Assembly: GCF_009914755.1 (NCBI RefSeq)
Contig: NC_060932.1
Direction: 5' to 3' (one strand)
DNA: 64,000 bases
From: the human T2T-CHM13v2.0 reference genome, Homo sapiens
Both the position numbers and the translations under genes were made by a program. Of the stretch, positions 15,168-30,025 are shown piece by piece. The first letter of the stretch is position 1, and the number at the start of each line of letters is the position of its first letter. Under the pieces are notes generated by a model. The model did no database searches and was not told the DNA's origin. It worked only from the letters and a program-made list of their open reading frames with translations.

Positions 15168-15475
15168 CTATTAGTCAGGATGGGCTAGGCTGGGCTGTGA
15201 TAACAAACTAAGGCTAAAATCTCAATGGCTAGACAATACAAAGATAGATTTCTCACTCATATAAAGTCTAGTGGAAATCAGGTGACTCTCCAAGGCATCT
15301 AATCTAGCCTCCAGGCAGTGACTCAGTAACCCAGCTACATTATCCCATGGCTTTGCCATCTCAGCATTAATAGTGGAAGAGATTACCTAGAGATCACACT
15401 GTTACTGTTCTGTGCTTTGGCCCAGAAGTGATACAGGTATTTGTACTTTCAGTCTATTGGTCAGAACTAGTCATA
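15168..15475 (-). mobile_element. Old MLT1 (MaLR) LTR fragment
   Basis: tattagtcaggatgggctaggct...ataacaaac...aaatctcaatggct...tttctcactca...ctattggtcagaactagtca. Confidence 0.65.
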
Positions 15476-15718
15476 CATTTATGGGATCTGCAACCAGGGA
15501 AGGTGGCCCAGGGTGTCTGTCTGCTGGTAGAATTATTGTTATACTCACTACTTTGCCACCATAAAACTAGTTGCCTAAGAAATTATGAGTCAATCTCTTT
15601 TGACTCTTTAAGTGAAAAGAGCGCTTGAAACATCACCATTTATTGAAGTGATTTTGTTTGTTTTAATGAAATAAGTGTAACTATTGAGTTAGGTAATTAA
15701 ATAGCTTATATAATTTGA

Positions 15719-15978
<260 letters not shown>

Positions 15979-16239
15979 TTCATATATTATTTTTAAACTC
16001 TTTAGATTTTTAAAAGTTAAACAAAACATTACTTTTAAATTTCATCTAGAAATGTAAAAACCAGTGTTAATAGAGATACATTTATTTGCAATGCATCTTT
16101 TTCCCTTTCAAAGAGCCCCAATGTCCCATCTGTATTACTACCAGTAGGTGTTAAAATGACTGTTTATCTTTAGTGATAATTAGTTCATTACTTCTTAATT
16201 AATTATTAATATCTGCAATGTTTCTACCCAGGCGACCTA

Positions 16240-17200
16240 AGGATTAGGAAGAAATCCTTCTCCTTTGTCTTTCTCATCTTTCATTTACAAGCAATCATTA
16301 AATTCTGTCAGTTCTACTTCATCAATATCTCTCAGATCTGTTCATTTCCTGGCTTCTCCATTGTCACAATATCTTATTTCACATTTCTGCCATCTCTCAC
16401 CTGCATAACTATGAAAACCTCCTAACTTACTTTTCTGAATCTTATTTTGCACATCTCCAATCTATTCTCTGCTCCTCATCTACAGTTTTGTAAATACAGC
16501 AATCTAGTTGTTCATGTGTGTGTATATTCAAATGTGGTCACATAATCATCATCAGCCACTAGTTTATGTCATATTCTGAGCATAGAATACCAAGGCTTAA
16601 TATGTCCTGCCAACCTTTCCAGCTTCATCACTGCCAACCTCACCTACAGCGCCTATTGAGATCTAATTGTTCTCAGAATCACACTTCTCTCATTATTGCA
16701 GAGATTCACTATATCTCCTTATGCCTGAAATATTCTGACTTCATGGCTCCCACTCCCAACTAATTTCTCTTTATTTTTTGGGACTTGGTTTAACAGTTGT
16801 CTCTAAACATGAGTGAGGCCCTCTTCCTTCAAGCTTTCACACTTTGTGCTGGCCCATCATATCATAACTCTCATTGCACAAGATGGTAATTTCCTCCTTG
16901 TTGTGGGCCTCTCGAGTTACATCAGCATTGTTCAAAGTGTGGTCCAAAGAGCACCTTTATCTGAATCACTTGGGGAGCTTGTTAAAATTGTACATCCTAA
17001 AATACCACTTTAGATCTATGGAATCAGAATCTCTAGGAGTAAGGTCCAGGACTCCATATTTAAACAAATTACTCAGGTAATTCTAATCCTACTACATTTG
17101 AGGAACTATTACAATAGGGCTGCATGTCCTCTTGGAGACAGACTGGGGCTTGAGTATTTTCTTCCTGTGCATCTTCTTCTGTTTAGCACGGTGCCTGGAG
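16240..17200 (+). mobile_element. L2 fragments with an embedded MER5-type element at about 16922-17110
   Basis: aatcattaaattctgtcagttctacttc...aatatctctcagatctg (L2); ctgaatcacttggggagcttgttaaaa...gaatcagaatctctagg (MER5); tagcacggtgcctgg (L2 end). Confidence 0.6.
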
Positions 17201-17624
17201 CAAGAAAGAACTATGGATATTTTAACCATTTGCGACTTATTGGTCAATATCTCCACAAACCTGATCTTCATAACTCAACCAAGACTAAGCCTAGATTTAA
17301 TTGGCTCACTAAAAATATGAAAACAACATGAGGTTTATGAATTTATCATTAAACTGTAGGTGTTTCTAATTTACCAATCATTGTTTTTTACATGTTTCTA
17401 CTTAAGCTTTATTTCTAATTGTTACTTAACATATGTGAAATTATAAAACAAATTCTGTTTTCTAGAATTACCTTATATTTTTGTTAACATGAAAGTGTGA
17501 CTTCTAAACATTTTTAAAATTTTAATTTAAAATGCTCTGCTAAAGTTATACTTGCATAGTTTTTACACTTAACATGTCTACAGATATTCCAGATACCTAA
17601 GATATTACTATATTTATTTCTAAG

Positions 17625-18630
17625 ATTCATGCATTCATTCACTGGACAAATATTTAGAGAGCACATACTATGTGTCAAACACAATGTTAGGTATTGCATA
17701 TATATTGGTAAACAAAAGAGAAGTAGTTGTTCCTGCCCTTAAGAGTGCACATTATTATTGGGACACAAGCATTAGATAAACAAACAAATATATGTGTTGG
17801 TGGAGGAAGTGTGTATGTGTATGCATTACACAAAATGTGAAGTGCCAGGAAATAAATAAAAAGGGGTGTTATGTGGGAATAATAAGATCAAGGGCTTATT
17901 TAATGTCTACCCATGGCTTCCCTGGAAAAACATTTCTGCTGAAGTTGAAGGATAAGTGAAGTCGTCAACGTCAATGAGAGACAGATGGAACAATAAGTAC
18001 AAAAGCCCTGGGACAGAAACTTGGGCATTCATGACCTAAAAAAAGCCCAAGGTATTTGAAGGATCACGAGCAAGGGGGGAAGTGGCCCAAGATGAGGTTG
18101 GAGCCACAGCATCAAGTCAGGTCAGGATGGGCCTTGCCAGCCATAGTAAAAGAATATGAATGTTCCTCTAACAGCAATGGGAAGTTACACCAGGGTTAAA
18201 CAGGGTTGACATATAATTTAATTTTTAATTTTTAAGAGAGCATTCTCTCTGAAGTATAGAGAATTGAATTTAGAAAAGGAAGAGAGTATTAAACAAAGGG
18301 ATTAGATGGATATTGCAGTTGTTCAGATATGAGAGGGTAGACTCTGATGTTGGCAATTAAGAGAAATGGGCAGATTGAGGTATATTTTGGAGATTATAGC
18401 AACAATAACTGCCCATGGGCTTGACCCCACAAGAAGAGGGAGTCAAGGTGGGGTTAGCGGGGAGGGAAGTCAAGCTTCTGAGTTGAAAGCTTCATAGTCC
18501 CGTCAACTGCAAGCAGGAAGCCTGAGGGAGAGATAAGCTGGGAAGTAGAGGAGATTACAAGAGTTCAGTTTAGGACATGCCTCTGAGACATTTAAGTAGA
18601 GATGTCAAGTAGGTACTTGATTAATTGGTA
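17625..18630 (-). mobile_element. L2 LINE 3' region
   Basis: ttcattcattcactggacaaatatttagagagcacatactatgtgtca...gagttcagtttaggacatg...agagatgtcaagtaggtacttg. Confidence 0.75.
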
Positions 18631-19109
18631 TAAAATATAAACCACAGAGGAAGCTCAAAATGTTCTCACCACTTCAGTCGTATTCTGAGATTAATGTTAG
18701 CAGCATTTCCATCTTATTATTATTTTTGTCGATACCATGGTCCATTTTTACAATTAATGTAGGGATAAACCTCTAAATTTAACCCCCTTTACCCTGCTGT
18801 GTCTTTCTACCCTGAAGAAACTCAGAAGACAAAACAAATTTATTCAAATTCTAAAGCCATTTTATATTTGAACTGGAGGAAAATGAACACATATATTTAC
18901 CTCTAGACATTTCTGTGAGCAAAGTATGAATTAAAAAATTGGCATTCAAATTCAAGAAAATATATGCATTTTCTCATTTTACTGTTGAATATTCTTAATG
19001 TCTCTGTCATTTTACAGACTCCAAATTAACTGCAATGACAGCTGTTTTACATAAGAAAGAATAAATTAGTAACTGAGCTCAACAAGCATTTATTGAGCAT
19101 AAACTTGAT

Positions 19110-19380
19110 GGATAACAATAATAATAGATCACTTTTATTAAGGGCTTACTAAGTTACAGACATAATATTCAATGCTTTCTCATATAAGTTTTAGATTGAA
19201 TTTCATAAGAAGTCTGTAAATACTATTATAACCCCCATTTCACAAATGAAGAAACTGAGACTTAGAGAAATTAAATAATTTTTCTAAAAGCACACAGCTA
19301 AGGAGTGGCAGAAAGAGGATTCTAATACAGTTCATCATACATCAAAATTTTTGCTGTTAACCATGAAGTTAGGCTGCCTA
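19110..19380 (-). mobile_element. MIR SINE
   Basis: tattataacccccatttcacaaatgaagaaactgagacttagagaaattaaataattt...acacagcta. Confidence 0.85.
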
Positions 19381-22300
19381 GAAACTATGAAGGATGAAAA
19401 AAGAATATAACTTATTTAAAGTGTTGATAATCCAGCCTAAGAAGGAAAATGTGGGAGAAGGAATTAAGATCTGTTGAAAGCCTGTAACTATCCTTTGCCC
19501 TACCTAAGGCAAAGAAGCCTTCCCTCCTCTTTAAACCACCACCACCCTCACTTGCTTGCTCTACACCCAACAATATGAATACAGAGCCGGCCTGTGTAGG
19601 CTCCAGGGCACTAAGAAGGTCGTACTTGCAGAGATGAGGCTGCAACCCCAGGAGAGTGGCTGGTTTCCCATCTCAGGCTGAACACTGATGGAAGAACCAG
19701 AGCAAACAATCCAGATTGTTAAGTGTCAAGAAATTGATGCCTATGAAACAGAGAAATAGAGCTTTCCATGTGCTCAAGACTTACTCACTGGAAGGCTTTA
19801 TTGGAATTTAGGACTAAATCCTCATTAGTATGTGTTATGTTGCTTGGCCTTCCCTCCTTCATTATGTATCTTCCTCAGGGGCTTTACTGGAAAAGATACA
19901 TGGATTCAGGGATTTCTAGGGCCATGGTCTAGTAACATCAATGCCATCTTTAATGGAACCACATCCCATTAGCCTTAATACCTGCAATGTGCTAGGACTT
20001 TGAATACGGTTGATCCTCTGCTTCACAGCGCTTGCTTGGTTTAGTAGTACCATTATGCCTGCTATACTTAGAGGCTCATAGTTTGGAACTCTAAGAAGCT
20101 AGGATTCAAATTTCCTAACCACAGAAGATTCTTATATATTCAAAAATTAACCTCTCCTGACTGCTGTGTGTGCTGGTGTGATTGTAGATGTATTACAGAA
20201 TTAAGAGAACAGCTTCTGTTTTGAATTGTGGTAGGATTACATTATAAGTGTAAAATTTCACGCAGCACACTCAATTTCTTTGTGCCTCAGTTACCAAAGG
20301 CACAAAATGGTAGTGATAAGATAGGATCACAATAAAGATCAAGTGATGTATACACTAGAGTGCTTACATCAGGCCTGATACACAGAAAATATATTATGTA
20401 CTAAAACATACACCCATTTCATTTTGCACAAACCTTTTTAGCTGTAATTACAAAACTTTAGACATTCTCTTAATTGCTTATCTATATTGCCTCATTGTTG
20501 CCTATGTTACTGAAATAATCAACATATTCCATAAAAAGATTACTTATTGTTTCATTGTATTACCGATTAAATTAACTCTCTGCATCTCTCATTTGGATCT
20601 CTACCTATTTTTAGATGCATTTCTTTATAATGTAAAGATTATTCACCTGTATTTCCCATAGTTACTATGTGATTCCAACTCTGCATGGGCAGCAAATTTT
20701 TTAACGTATACCTTTTTAATTTTAACTTCATAAATATCCTCAAGGTATATTTTATTATGCCCATTTTACAAAGAAGGCAAATATATGCCCAATACTGTGT
20801 TAAAAGTCTTCACCAAGATTCAGACCAAAACTATGCTACTTCCCAAGTTACTCTGAATAAATAACAATTACAAAATAAACTAAAAATAATAATTAAGTGC
20901 TAAATGAAGAGGGCTTGACCTGAGTGCAAATGTGATCCTAAAAAGAGAAGCTCAGTGAAGGTACACATTTTTTTAAGAATGACTGCAAGGGGAAAGCAAG
21001 ATATGAGCTTGTCCTGACAGAGAGGTTTGGTGAGCTGGCAGATTAATTATGGCTTTGCCTAAATACATGGAACTTGAAAACAAAAAGTGATAAATACAGG
21101 GCACAATAAAGAGTACCTACCTGAGCAAAAGCTAACTGTTGAGAAGCTATAGGAGATGTGGCTAGATCTTAAAATGGGCCAGTTTGTAAATGTCCATAAA
21201 AACTAAGTGATGAATTCTGAAATTAATAAAAACAACCTTTTCTTTTTGGTGATTTTTTTTAACATTTTATTTTCTCTACAGATATGATACTTATTCCCTT
21301 TGGCTTCATAGCAATTCTCAGGTATGCCTCAAATTTCAATTGAACTGCTTTCTCCTCCAGGATGTCTTCTCCAGTATCTTCAGGCAGAGTTAAGCACACC
21401 ATCTTCTTTTCTCCCTTGGTGCTTAACAGGGAGAGTGCAGCAAGTTTCCCATTAATCTAATGATTTCTCAACTATTTGTGTTCTCCAGTGAGTTGTGGAA
21501 ACACTGGAGGACAGGAAATATGTTATATGTGGTTTTTTGTATCCTAACATTCATCTTAATGTCTAGCACACAGCAGGCACTTAATAGATGCTTGCTGCTT
21601 GAATGAATAATCAAATGAATGGTTCTGTAGAAGAGAAATGATACTGAAAGCGCTATCTGATAAAAACACAAAGAATGGACTGGAACAGGAGACATTTACA
21701 GGCAGTCAAATTGTTCACGTCATAAATGCATCAGGAGTATGATTTGGATGATATGTAGGAAGTGCTCTGTTACATGCTGATGCTGAATCACTGATCATAC
21801 AAGAATAGCTTAATCCTGTGACCCTGACTCTCCAAAGTTACCCTATAAAAATCACTAATGTGAAAAATTACTTTAGTTTAAATAGATTTGACAAATGAGG
21901 CAAATATGATTTAATTTGAATCAAAGGTTTTGAGGCAAAAATTCTTCAGCATTTTTTTCTAATGAGGCTCATATGACTTAACAGGAAGACTTAAAAAATA
22001 ATTGCTAAACTGAACTGTTCAAATCTTTTGGATGTTTTTTTTTTGCTATGCATAGTCTGTAGCAATAATTAGAATTTACCATGGAAAAGTTCATTATATT
22101 GAAATCTACAAACAAAATAAAAAACTATAGCACTGTAAGACCATACTTTCCCAAATCCATTTATTTTATTATGTCTTGCTTATCCATAATGTACTATGAC
22201 AATATGGCATTCTTGGGGGAGAAAAAGGAAAAGAATGAATTTCCATAGCCTCATTCCTAACTGTGGCCTCAAGCAATAGAAGATTTTTAATGTGCCGAAC

Positions 22301-24039
22301 AATTAAGATTCTCCATTGCACCAAATGAATTGGCCTAAATGAAATTTTATTTATTATACCTGGTGAAATCATTGCATCTCCCTTCCTAAAGAATAAGCCA
22401 CTTATTAAGAATAAATTGTACGTGGATTCAAGTTAAACATTAATATTAAAATATATTTTGCTTTAAAAATGTGTACGTTTATGAAATCATCCATTTTTAT
22501 GGGGAGGAAGGATAATTTAATTGATTTCCACCACTGCTCAATGAATACGACCAGCTTCAGGCAAAATCCATGAGAGGAACATCTCTACCAGAATGAAACA
22601 CAAATTCAATGAACACTTATATGCAACATTTGGAAATTCAGGCTCCAGGCTGATGAAAGTTATTCAAATGACTGCCTCTCATTAAATGTTGAGAGCAAAA
22701 CAGAACTGATCTGTCACTCTAAATGAGCAACTCTTTCAACTGTTATACAGGGTAGAATAGTATCTTGAACATTTCTTTCTTATAAACAAATTAAGGTAAT
22801 AATCAATGCAGTAATTCAATCATTACACAAGGTAATGAAAAGACATAACCAGAAAATGCGTAAATTAATATACAGAGAATATATATTCTAAAATTAGAAA
22901 ACAAATTAAAGAAGCCACATTAGTAAAACAGAACTAATGAATGCCATAAGATTTTTTGTTCTCCGTATTGTTCCCAAACATTAAATAAATCTAAATTTAT
23001 TCTTGTTTTATTAAAATTGCATATTTAAGAAAAAGATTATAATAACTGATTTTAAATTGTGTGTTCCTTGTATTTGTGTAATCAAGGAACATCACTTAAA
23101 TTCATTTTCTATTTTTTTGTGGCAATTGACTTTTAAATTGTGTGTTTATTGTATTGGTGGCATTGAGGAACATCACTTTAATTCATTTTTTATTTTAAAC
23201 ATGTAACCAAAAATCTCCTTCTATCTTTTAGATCATTTCAATAATATTGAACATAAGTAGTCTGGAAAAGAAAGGATAAAAAATTGCTAGCTAGTATATA
23301 AAGAGTGGTCAAAGAATGACTAGATGACAGAGGTAGTTTACGGCATGAGTTTTTAAAATAATATATTTTCTTGTCAGTGAACAAAGAGAAATAGGGAAGA
23401 CAGTGCTTTCTGAGAATACATAGGGAAGGTACAAAGAAAAGAAGGAGCAGGAGTGATTTAACAGGTGTAACGCTGAAGAGAGTGGTAAGATGAACAACGA
23501 GAATGAAGAAAGGAAAGAAGTAATGATGTAAGTAAATATTACTCAGAAAAGGAAAAGGATCTAGCCAGGGTGCTCAGAAAATTCTCTCTACACCTCCTAG
23601 AACCCTACCATCCTATATATAGGACAAATCATCCCATCTAACGTATCTAAAGCTTTTGCAACCTTCTCCATCCTATGGACTTTGCCCTTCCCATTTCCAC
23701 TGATATCCACTAGAGTACTTCCCTACCAGTGGCTCTCAAAGTTTTCTAATTGTGCTCCACACATGTGCTTCTCATGCCTACAAAAATCTAACAAAAAAGG
23801 AAAAAGACTCAGAATTCTTAGGTCATCATAGGGATAGCTAAGAGGATTCATCTTTATGCCTTCCTTTACTAAGGAGTCTTTCAGACTTGAGGTGATGGTC
23901 AAGATGGATGATTCAGACCAAATAGACATCATGGGGAAGCATGGACCTTCCTTGGAGGAAGAAGGTCTGTGTTCATTCCAGCCACCAGATCCACTATCTC
24001 CTCTTTTCCATCATGTTCTTTCCACAAGAAGTTACCTTT

Positions 24040-24450
24040 TAGTATTGCACTACCCAGGCTTCCTTATTCTCTGGCTTTCATTTTGTTTTGGCTAATGAGA
24101 ATGGCTGACAAAAGTTGGAAGTTAGAAAATGAGACACTGATTGGGCGTTACTGACATCCCACCTGATTTATCAGTCTGCTGCTGGCATTCAATAGACATT
24201 GCCATCATCACAGCAGCCACTCTTCCCTGGATCCAAGCTGTCTCCCAGCTCCAACAACCAATTCTTTCCTCTTGCCCCTTCAAGCCTAGGGGCAGTAACA
24301 GTTTCCCCTGAAGCCAGTCTCTGATATAGTAGTCTTTGATCATTTACTTAACTCTATGCACACAACAGTGATTGTTCTACTCATAAATGTCTCTCCAATT
24401 AAACCCCCTGAGTGCACCATCTTTTGCTGTCAGGACCCTCACTGACATCA
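24040..24450 (+). mobile_element. LTR33-like ERVL LTR
   Basis: 3' end caattaaaccccctgagtgcaccatcttttgctgtcaggaccctcactgaca. Confidence 0.6.
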
Positions 24451-24849
24451 CACATCATACTCCTTCCCTAAGAAGCTCTGGGAAAGCCAGAGTGCAGAAT
24501 GCCAAGGGGTCACTCTGGAAGGGCAGAACTGGAAATGACCACTCTATGAACATCACCCCACTTCTTCCACTGACCAGGATGAATCTACTCAAGATATTTG
24601 CCAGAAATGATTGCAAGATCCCTCAGCATATATCCCACATGTTATTGACAAAGAAGAGGAGGTTACTAAGAATGTACAATGTGATACTGGTGGATATTTA
24701 AAACAAACAAATACAAATATTACCCATGTCTTTACCCTGCAAAGATGTCAAGCAATATTTTAATGGTCATTCTATCATAGTTCCTTATTTATTTTATTTC
24801 TTGCAATATTACAAGCTACTATAGTTATAGAGGTGTTTTCATTTGCTTT

Positions 24850-26160
24850 GCTCCCTTGATTGTTTATGTCTGTCTCACTCACTGCACGGAAGTCATGTCT
24901 GCATTCTTTATTGTGCATCCCCAATATCCAAGCAGAGCACCTGGCACAGACAGTCATTCAATTAAAATATTTCTGAAAGAATTATTAAAAATAGGTTTTC
25001 TTAAGTATATATTGTGCTCATAGCCAAGGGGAAAAATCCAAAAAGGAATACAACTGCAATGGGGTATGATAAAATGCTGTGTACAAGACAATAAATTGAG
25101 AACTTTATGTCCATTATCCATGTAATTGTCCTCACCATCCAGTGGAATCATGTATTATTGTTATTCCCATTTACAGATGAGAAAATATTTTCAGAGAAGA
25201 TTAGTAACTCACCTAATTTCAAACAGCTAGTAAGTGAGAAATTAGGACTTGAGCTTATATTTATCTTATTCCATTTCATGGTAGTGCTGAGTACTGATTC
25301 ATTCAATTAATATTTATGTGAGTGCTTATTTTGTACCATATACTATTCTAGGAACTTGGCATATTGCAGTAAACAAAAGCAAAAAATGTCTCTCTCTTTA
25401 TTGTGCTGGCATTCAAGGTTGCAAAGAAAAAACAACAAAAGTCAATAAGATACATAATAAAATGAGTCATTATTTTTTTGAAGACAAAGCAGAGTAGGGG
25501 TATAGAAATAATGAGGAGACTGCTATTTTAAATTGAGTAGTCAGGGAAGACCACTCTGAGAGCTGCGCAGTTGCTAGCCCATTTAACACCTCTAGGCACA
25601 TTAGAAAAAGGCACATCTTCCTCCAGGCGTATGCACCCTTTCCTTGGCCATCAGCATGGCTCTCTGTTTCCGCGGCAACCACACAGTCCAGGTTCTCATT
25701 TTCCCATATTTTGTTAACTGCAAGTTTTCTGATTTCTCTGTCTACCTTTAGGCTCTTCCTCTCTTAAGCTCTCATGACCACTGCTATCAGATTAATTTTA
25801 ATTAATCTTAATTAATCTACCCTAGCAAACCAAGGAGATGTTGGATTTCAGCCCCCATTTTAATCTTACAATTGCAGCTTTGTGTAGAGTTCACTGATGC
25901 AACGGCCTATTTGAGGAGGGGATGTTTGATCAAAGGCCTGAATGAAATAAGGAAATGTGATGTAAAGAGCAATTTAAAAAAAAAATCCTAAGACTAGAGC
26001 ATGTTTGGTACATTGTAGGCACAGCAAAGAGACCAATGTGATGGGGTGAGCAAGGAAGGGGAAAGGGACATGAAAAGGGGTTGGAGAGGTGGCCATTATA
26101 AGCCTGGTAAGGACTTTGCACCTTATGCTAAGTGTAAGATAAAGCCATTAAAGTAGAAAG
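24850..26160. mobile_element. Cluster of L2 and MIR fragments
   Basis: cagagcacctggcacagacagtcattcaattaaaatattt (L2 end); cccatttacagatgagaaaat (MIR); attcattcaattaatatttatgtgagtgctta (L2, minus strand). Confidence 0.65.
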
Positions 26161-26239
26161 ATATTTTCACTTAACAGGAAAAATTTCTTCACATGAAGAA
26201 GTAAGATTTGACCTGAAAGTATAAGAATGAGTTACAGTC

Positions 26240-26552
<313 letters not shown>

Positions 26553-26780
26553 TCATCCCATAAATAGAGGTTCCACGTAGAAGGAATCTGCCAGGTTGGA
26601 GGGTAAGGTCCGAAACAAAAATAGTTAGACTCCCTTATCCTTGCCAAACCACCAGCAGCAGCACCAAGACAGTTTGTCAACAATGTGGTTATTTCTGGCT
26701 TTTTGCCAGATCTACTGAATTATAACGTGCATTCTAAATAAGACTAGCAGATGAATTATAAACACGACAAGGATGGTGGG

Positions 26781-27154
26781 TGATATCCTTTGTCTGTGTC
26801 CTCACCCAAATCTCAACTTGAATTGTAGTTCCCATAATCCCCACGTGACATGGGAGAGAAGTGGGAGGGAATTAAATTATGGGGGCAGCTATACCCATGC
26901 TATTTTCGTGATAGTAAGTGAGTTCTTATGAGATCTGATGGTTTTATAAGGGGCTTTCCCCAACCTTCACTCTGTACTTCTCTCTCCTGCCGCCATGTGA
27001 ATAAGGATGTGTTTGCTCCCCCTTCAGCTCTGATTGTAAGTTTCCTGAGGCCTCCCCAGCCATGCTGAACTGTCAGTCAATTAAACCTCTTTCCTTTATA
27101 AATTACCCAGTCTCAGGTATGTCTTTATTAGCAGCATGAGAACAAATTAATACA
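26781..27154 (+). mobile_element. THE1B-like MaLR solo LTR
   Basis: tgatat...cacccaaatctc...ctttattagcagcatgagaacaaattaataca. Perfect 5-bp TSD gtggg at 26776-26780 and 27155-27159. Confidence 0.92.
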
Positions 27155-28274
27155 GTGGGTGAGAGGGAATAATGACTGGCCCAGCATTGCTGGATCCCAG
27201 GGATCAGGTGAGAGTGGGCATAGAGGTTTAAGAGGCTGGAAAGTTAGGTTGGGCCCATTGAGAAGGGCCTTGGGCACCATGATTAAGAGTCTGGAGCATC
27301 TTGTCCAGAGAAAATGTTCCCAGCTTGCCACAGCATAATAACTGCCTCACAATGGCTAAGTAACACATCTGTGAAACTCAATATTTTAAAAAAGTAAAAA
27401 AACTTTCTTGTATTATTTCAAACAAAATCAAATAAGTTAACAAATACTAATAAATAGAAATGCATTCTTTTAAAAAGTGGCCATATTTTTGTCTATTTGA
27501 GATAAAAACTATTATCTGATTATATATGATTATTCACCCCATGTTCATTGATATCTATTCCTCAAAAGCCCTGAAATATGCTGAACAAAATGAGAAACAA
27601 AATAGCCCTTGTAGATGTACATCAGTGAGTTGTTTATCCTTTTCATTTCTCATGTTCCAGAGGCCAGGTTACATTGCAAATGTGTTCTTTCTAGGAATGT
27701 AAATGTGATCAATTAACGGGCTTCTCCCTGTCTTTGTTTTGGCACGGAGGCTGCTCCACTTTCCCCTGCCTCTTACTAAACATAATAAATAGGGATATTC
27801 AGAATTCATCACAAGGAGAAGGGGTCAGAATAACAGAGAAACTGACAAATGCAACATATGACTTGAATATTTTTACTAGTATAATGTTTTGCAAGATGAC
27901 TTTTATTTTTCCCTTGTCTCTTTCATCTTTTTTCTTTTCTTGCTGTCATTTCAACAAGCTAGGGCTTCAAAAAGCAGCAGACTGGACAGACAGGGACAGT
28001 GGGTACCCAGGACCTGAAAGGTGCACAGAGGGAGCCTAGGAAGGGTACTATATGCAATAGAAAAAAAAAAAAAAACAGGGAGGTTCAGTCAGACCTCATT
28101 GGCCTCGGAAAGAGCTGGCATTGAAATCTTGGCAGAAGTTCAATATGTAGGGACAGAACTTCACTAGGGGAGGACAGAGGGAGCTGAAGATAGAGAGAGA
28201 ATCATGTGGCACACTAGAAAGGGCCCTGTACATCATGATCACAAGTCTGTACTTCAACCTGATCTCTCAGAAGC

Positions 28275-28643
28275 TGTATTAGTCCTTTTTCACACTGCTA
28301 TAAAGAACTACCTGAGACCGGGTAATTTATGAAGAAAAAAGGTTTAATTGACGCGGAGTTCTGCATTGCTGAGAAGGCCTCAGGAAACTTATATTCATGG
28401 CAGAAGACAAAGGGGAAACAAGGACCTTCTCGACATGGCAGCAGGAGAGGGAGAGCATGAGGGAGAAACTGCAAAACACTATTAAACCGTCAGGTCTCAT
28501 GAGAACTCACTCACTATCATGAGAACAGCATGGGAGAAACTGCCCCCATGATCCAGTCTCCTCCCACCAGGTCCCTCTCTCGACACGTGGGGATTACAAT
28601 TTGAGATGAGATTTGTGTAAGGACATAAAGCCAAGCCATATCA
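28275..28643 (-). mobile_element. THE1D/MSTA-like MaLR solo LTR
   Basis: tgtattagtcc...ctgctataaagaactacctgagac...gatgagatttg...ccaagccatatca. Confidence 0.9.
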
Positions 28644-29233
28644 GAGGTATTCATGCCCACACCTTTATGTCTTCTTCTGTCCCATCCATACAGGTCATAA
28701 TCAATTCTCATCTACAACAGCTTTCTAAATATCTATCTCTCTTTCATTCTTGCCCCATCCTAGCCTCCAACTCTAATCCATTTCTCACAAAGCAGCTAGA
28801 GGATAAGTCATACTACTCCCTGCTAAGAATCCTTCAAAGACTTCCTAATGCTCTACCAATGAAATTCAGATTCATTACTATTGGGCCCAAAAATCTACAT
28901 GCTCAGGGCATCACTTTCCTTCTTGCCGATACAGTGCCTGGTTTTGTTCTTCCAATGTGGAAAGTTGTTTCCTATCTCAGTGCATTTTCATCAAACATTC
29001 CTTCTGCTAAAACATCTTTCTGCCTTCTATTCCACCTCGAGATTGCAAGCTCTCTCTCACTCTTTGGGTTTGGCCAACATAGCATCTCCTCAGGAGACAT
29101 CTTTCCTGATTGTCCATCTAAAATAGCCACTGTCTCAACTTTCTATCTATAATATTACTCTATTTTCTTCATATATTTTAATCCAATTTAAAACTGTGTA
29201 TCTATTTGTTGATATGCATGTTAGCTGCCTCCC

Positions 29234-30025
29234 TGTATTAGTTTTCTAATGCTGTACAACAAACTTAGCAACTTAAAACAACACACACTTGTTATCTCAA
29301 TTTCTGTGGGTCAGGAATCCAAGCAGGCATAGCACCATCTTCTGCAAAGCTGCAATTAAGGTTGTTGGCCAGGACTGGGGTCAAATCTGGAGGCTTGACT
29401 GAGGCAGGGTTTACTTCCAAGCTCACTTATGTTTTTGGAAGAATGTATGTCCTTGCAAGTGTGAGACTGCACCTTAGCTTTTGAGGACAGCCAGCTAAAG
29501 GCTTCCTTTAGCTCCTGGTCACATGGGACTCTTAATATGGCCTCTTACTTCTTCACAGCCAGTAAGGAAACAGTTCCTAGAATAAGGCTACTAGCAAAAG
29601 GAAGTTTTCCACCAGAACATTTAATTACAGAGTATCACTTTTGCCATATTTTATTGGTTTGAAACAAGTCACGGGTCCCAGTGACACTCAATTGAGGGGA
29701 TCATACAAGGGTATAAACACTAGGAGGTGGGGATAATTGGGGCTGTCTTAAAGGCAGCCTCCCACAGTCTACCTTCTGACCACCAATGATTTATGCCCCT
29801 CCCACATGTAAAATACATTCATCCTCCTCTCAAGCTTTCTATTATAGCATCCTTTTATGGCATTCTATGTAACATCAATTCAGTGTCCAAAATCTCATTA
29901 TCTAAATCAGGCTCAGGCAAGGATGAGAGATATGGGTGTGATACATTAAGTAAGGCTGCTAGGACACAATTTCTGTCTGTGGACCTATGAAACCAAAAAG
30001 GACAAGTTATCTGCCCCCAAGACCC
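29234..30025 (-). mobile_element. MLT1 LTR plus adjacent MLT1 internal fragment, inserted into L2
   Basis: tgtattagttttcta...aaacttagcaacttaaaacaaca...tttctgtgggtcaggaatcc...cccaca, then gtctaccttctgaccacc...cctcccacatgtaaaatacattca. L2-like sequence lies on both sides. Confidence 0.7.

Noticed and set aside
25789-25820. AT-rich inverted repeat agattaattttaattaatcttaattaatct
   Set aside because: Low-complexity sequence where short palindromes are expected by chance.
28613-29152. 179-aa ORF, the longest non-L1 frame
   Set aside because: It starts inside a MaLR LTR, runs through L2-derived sequence, has a non-ATG start and no protein similarity that I recognise.
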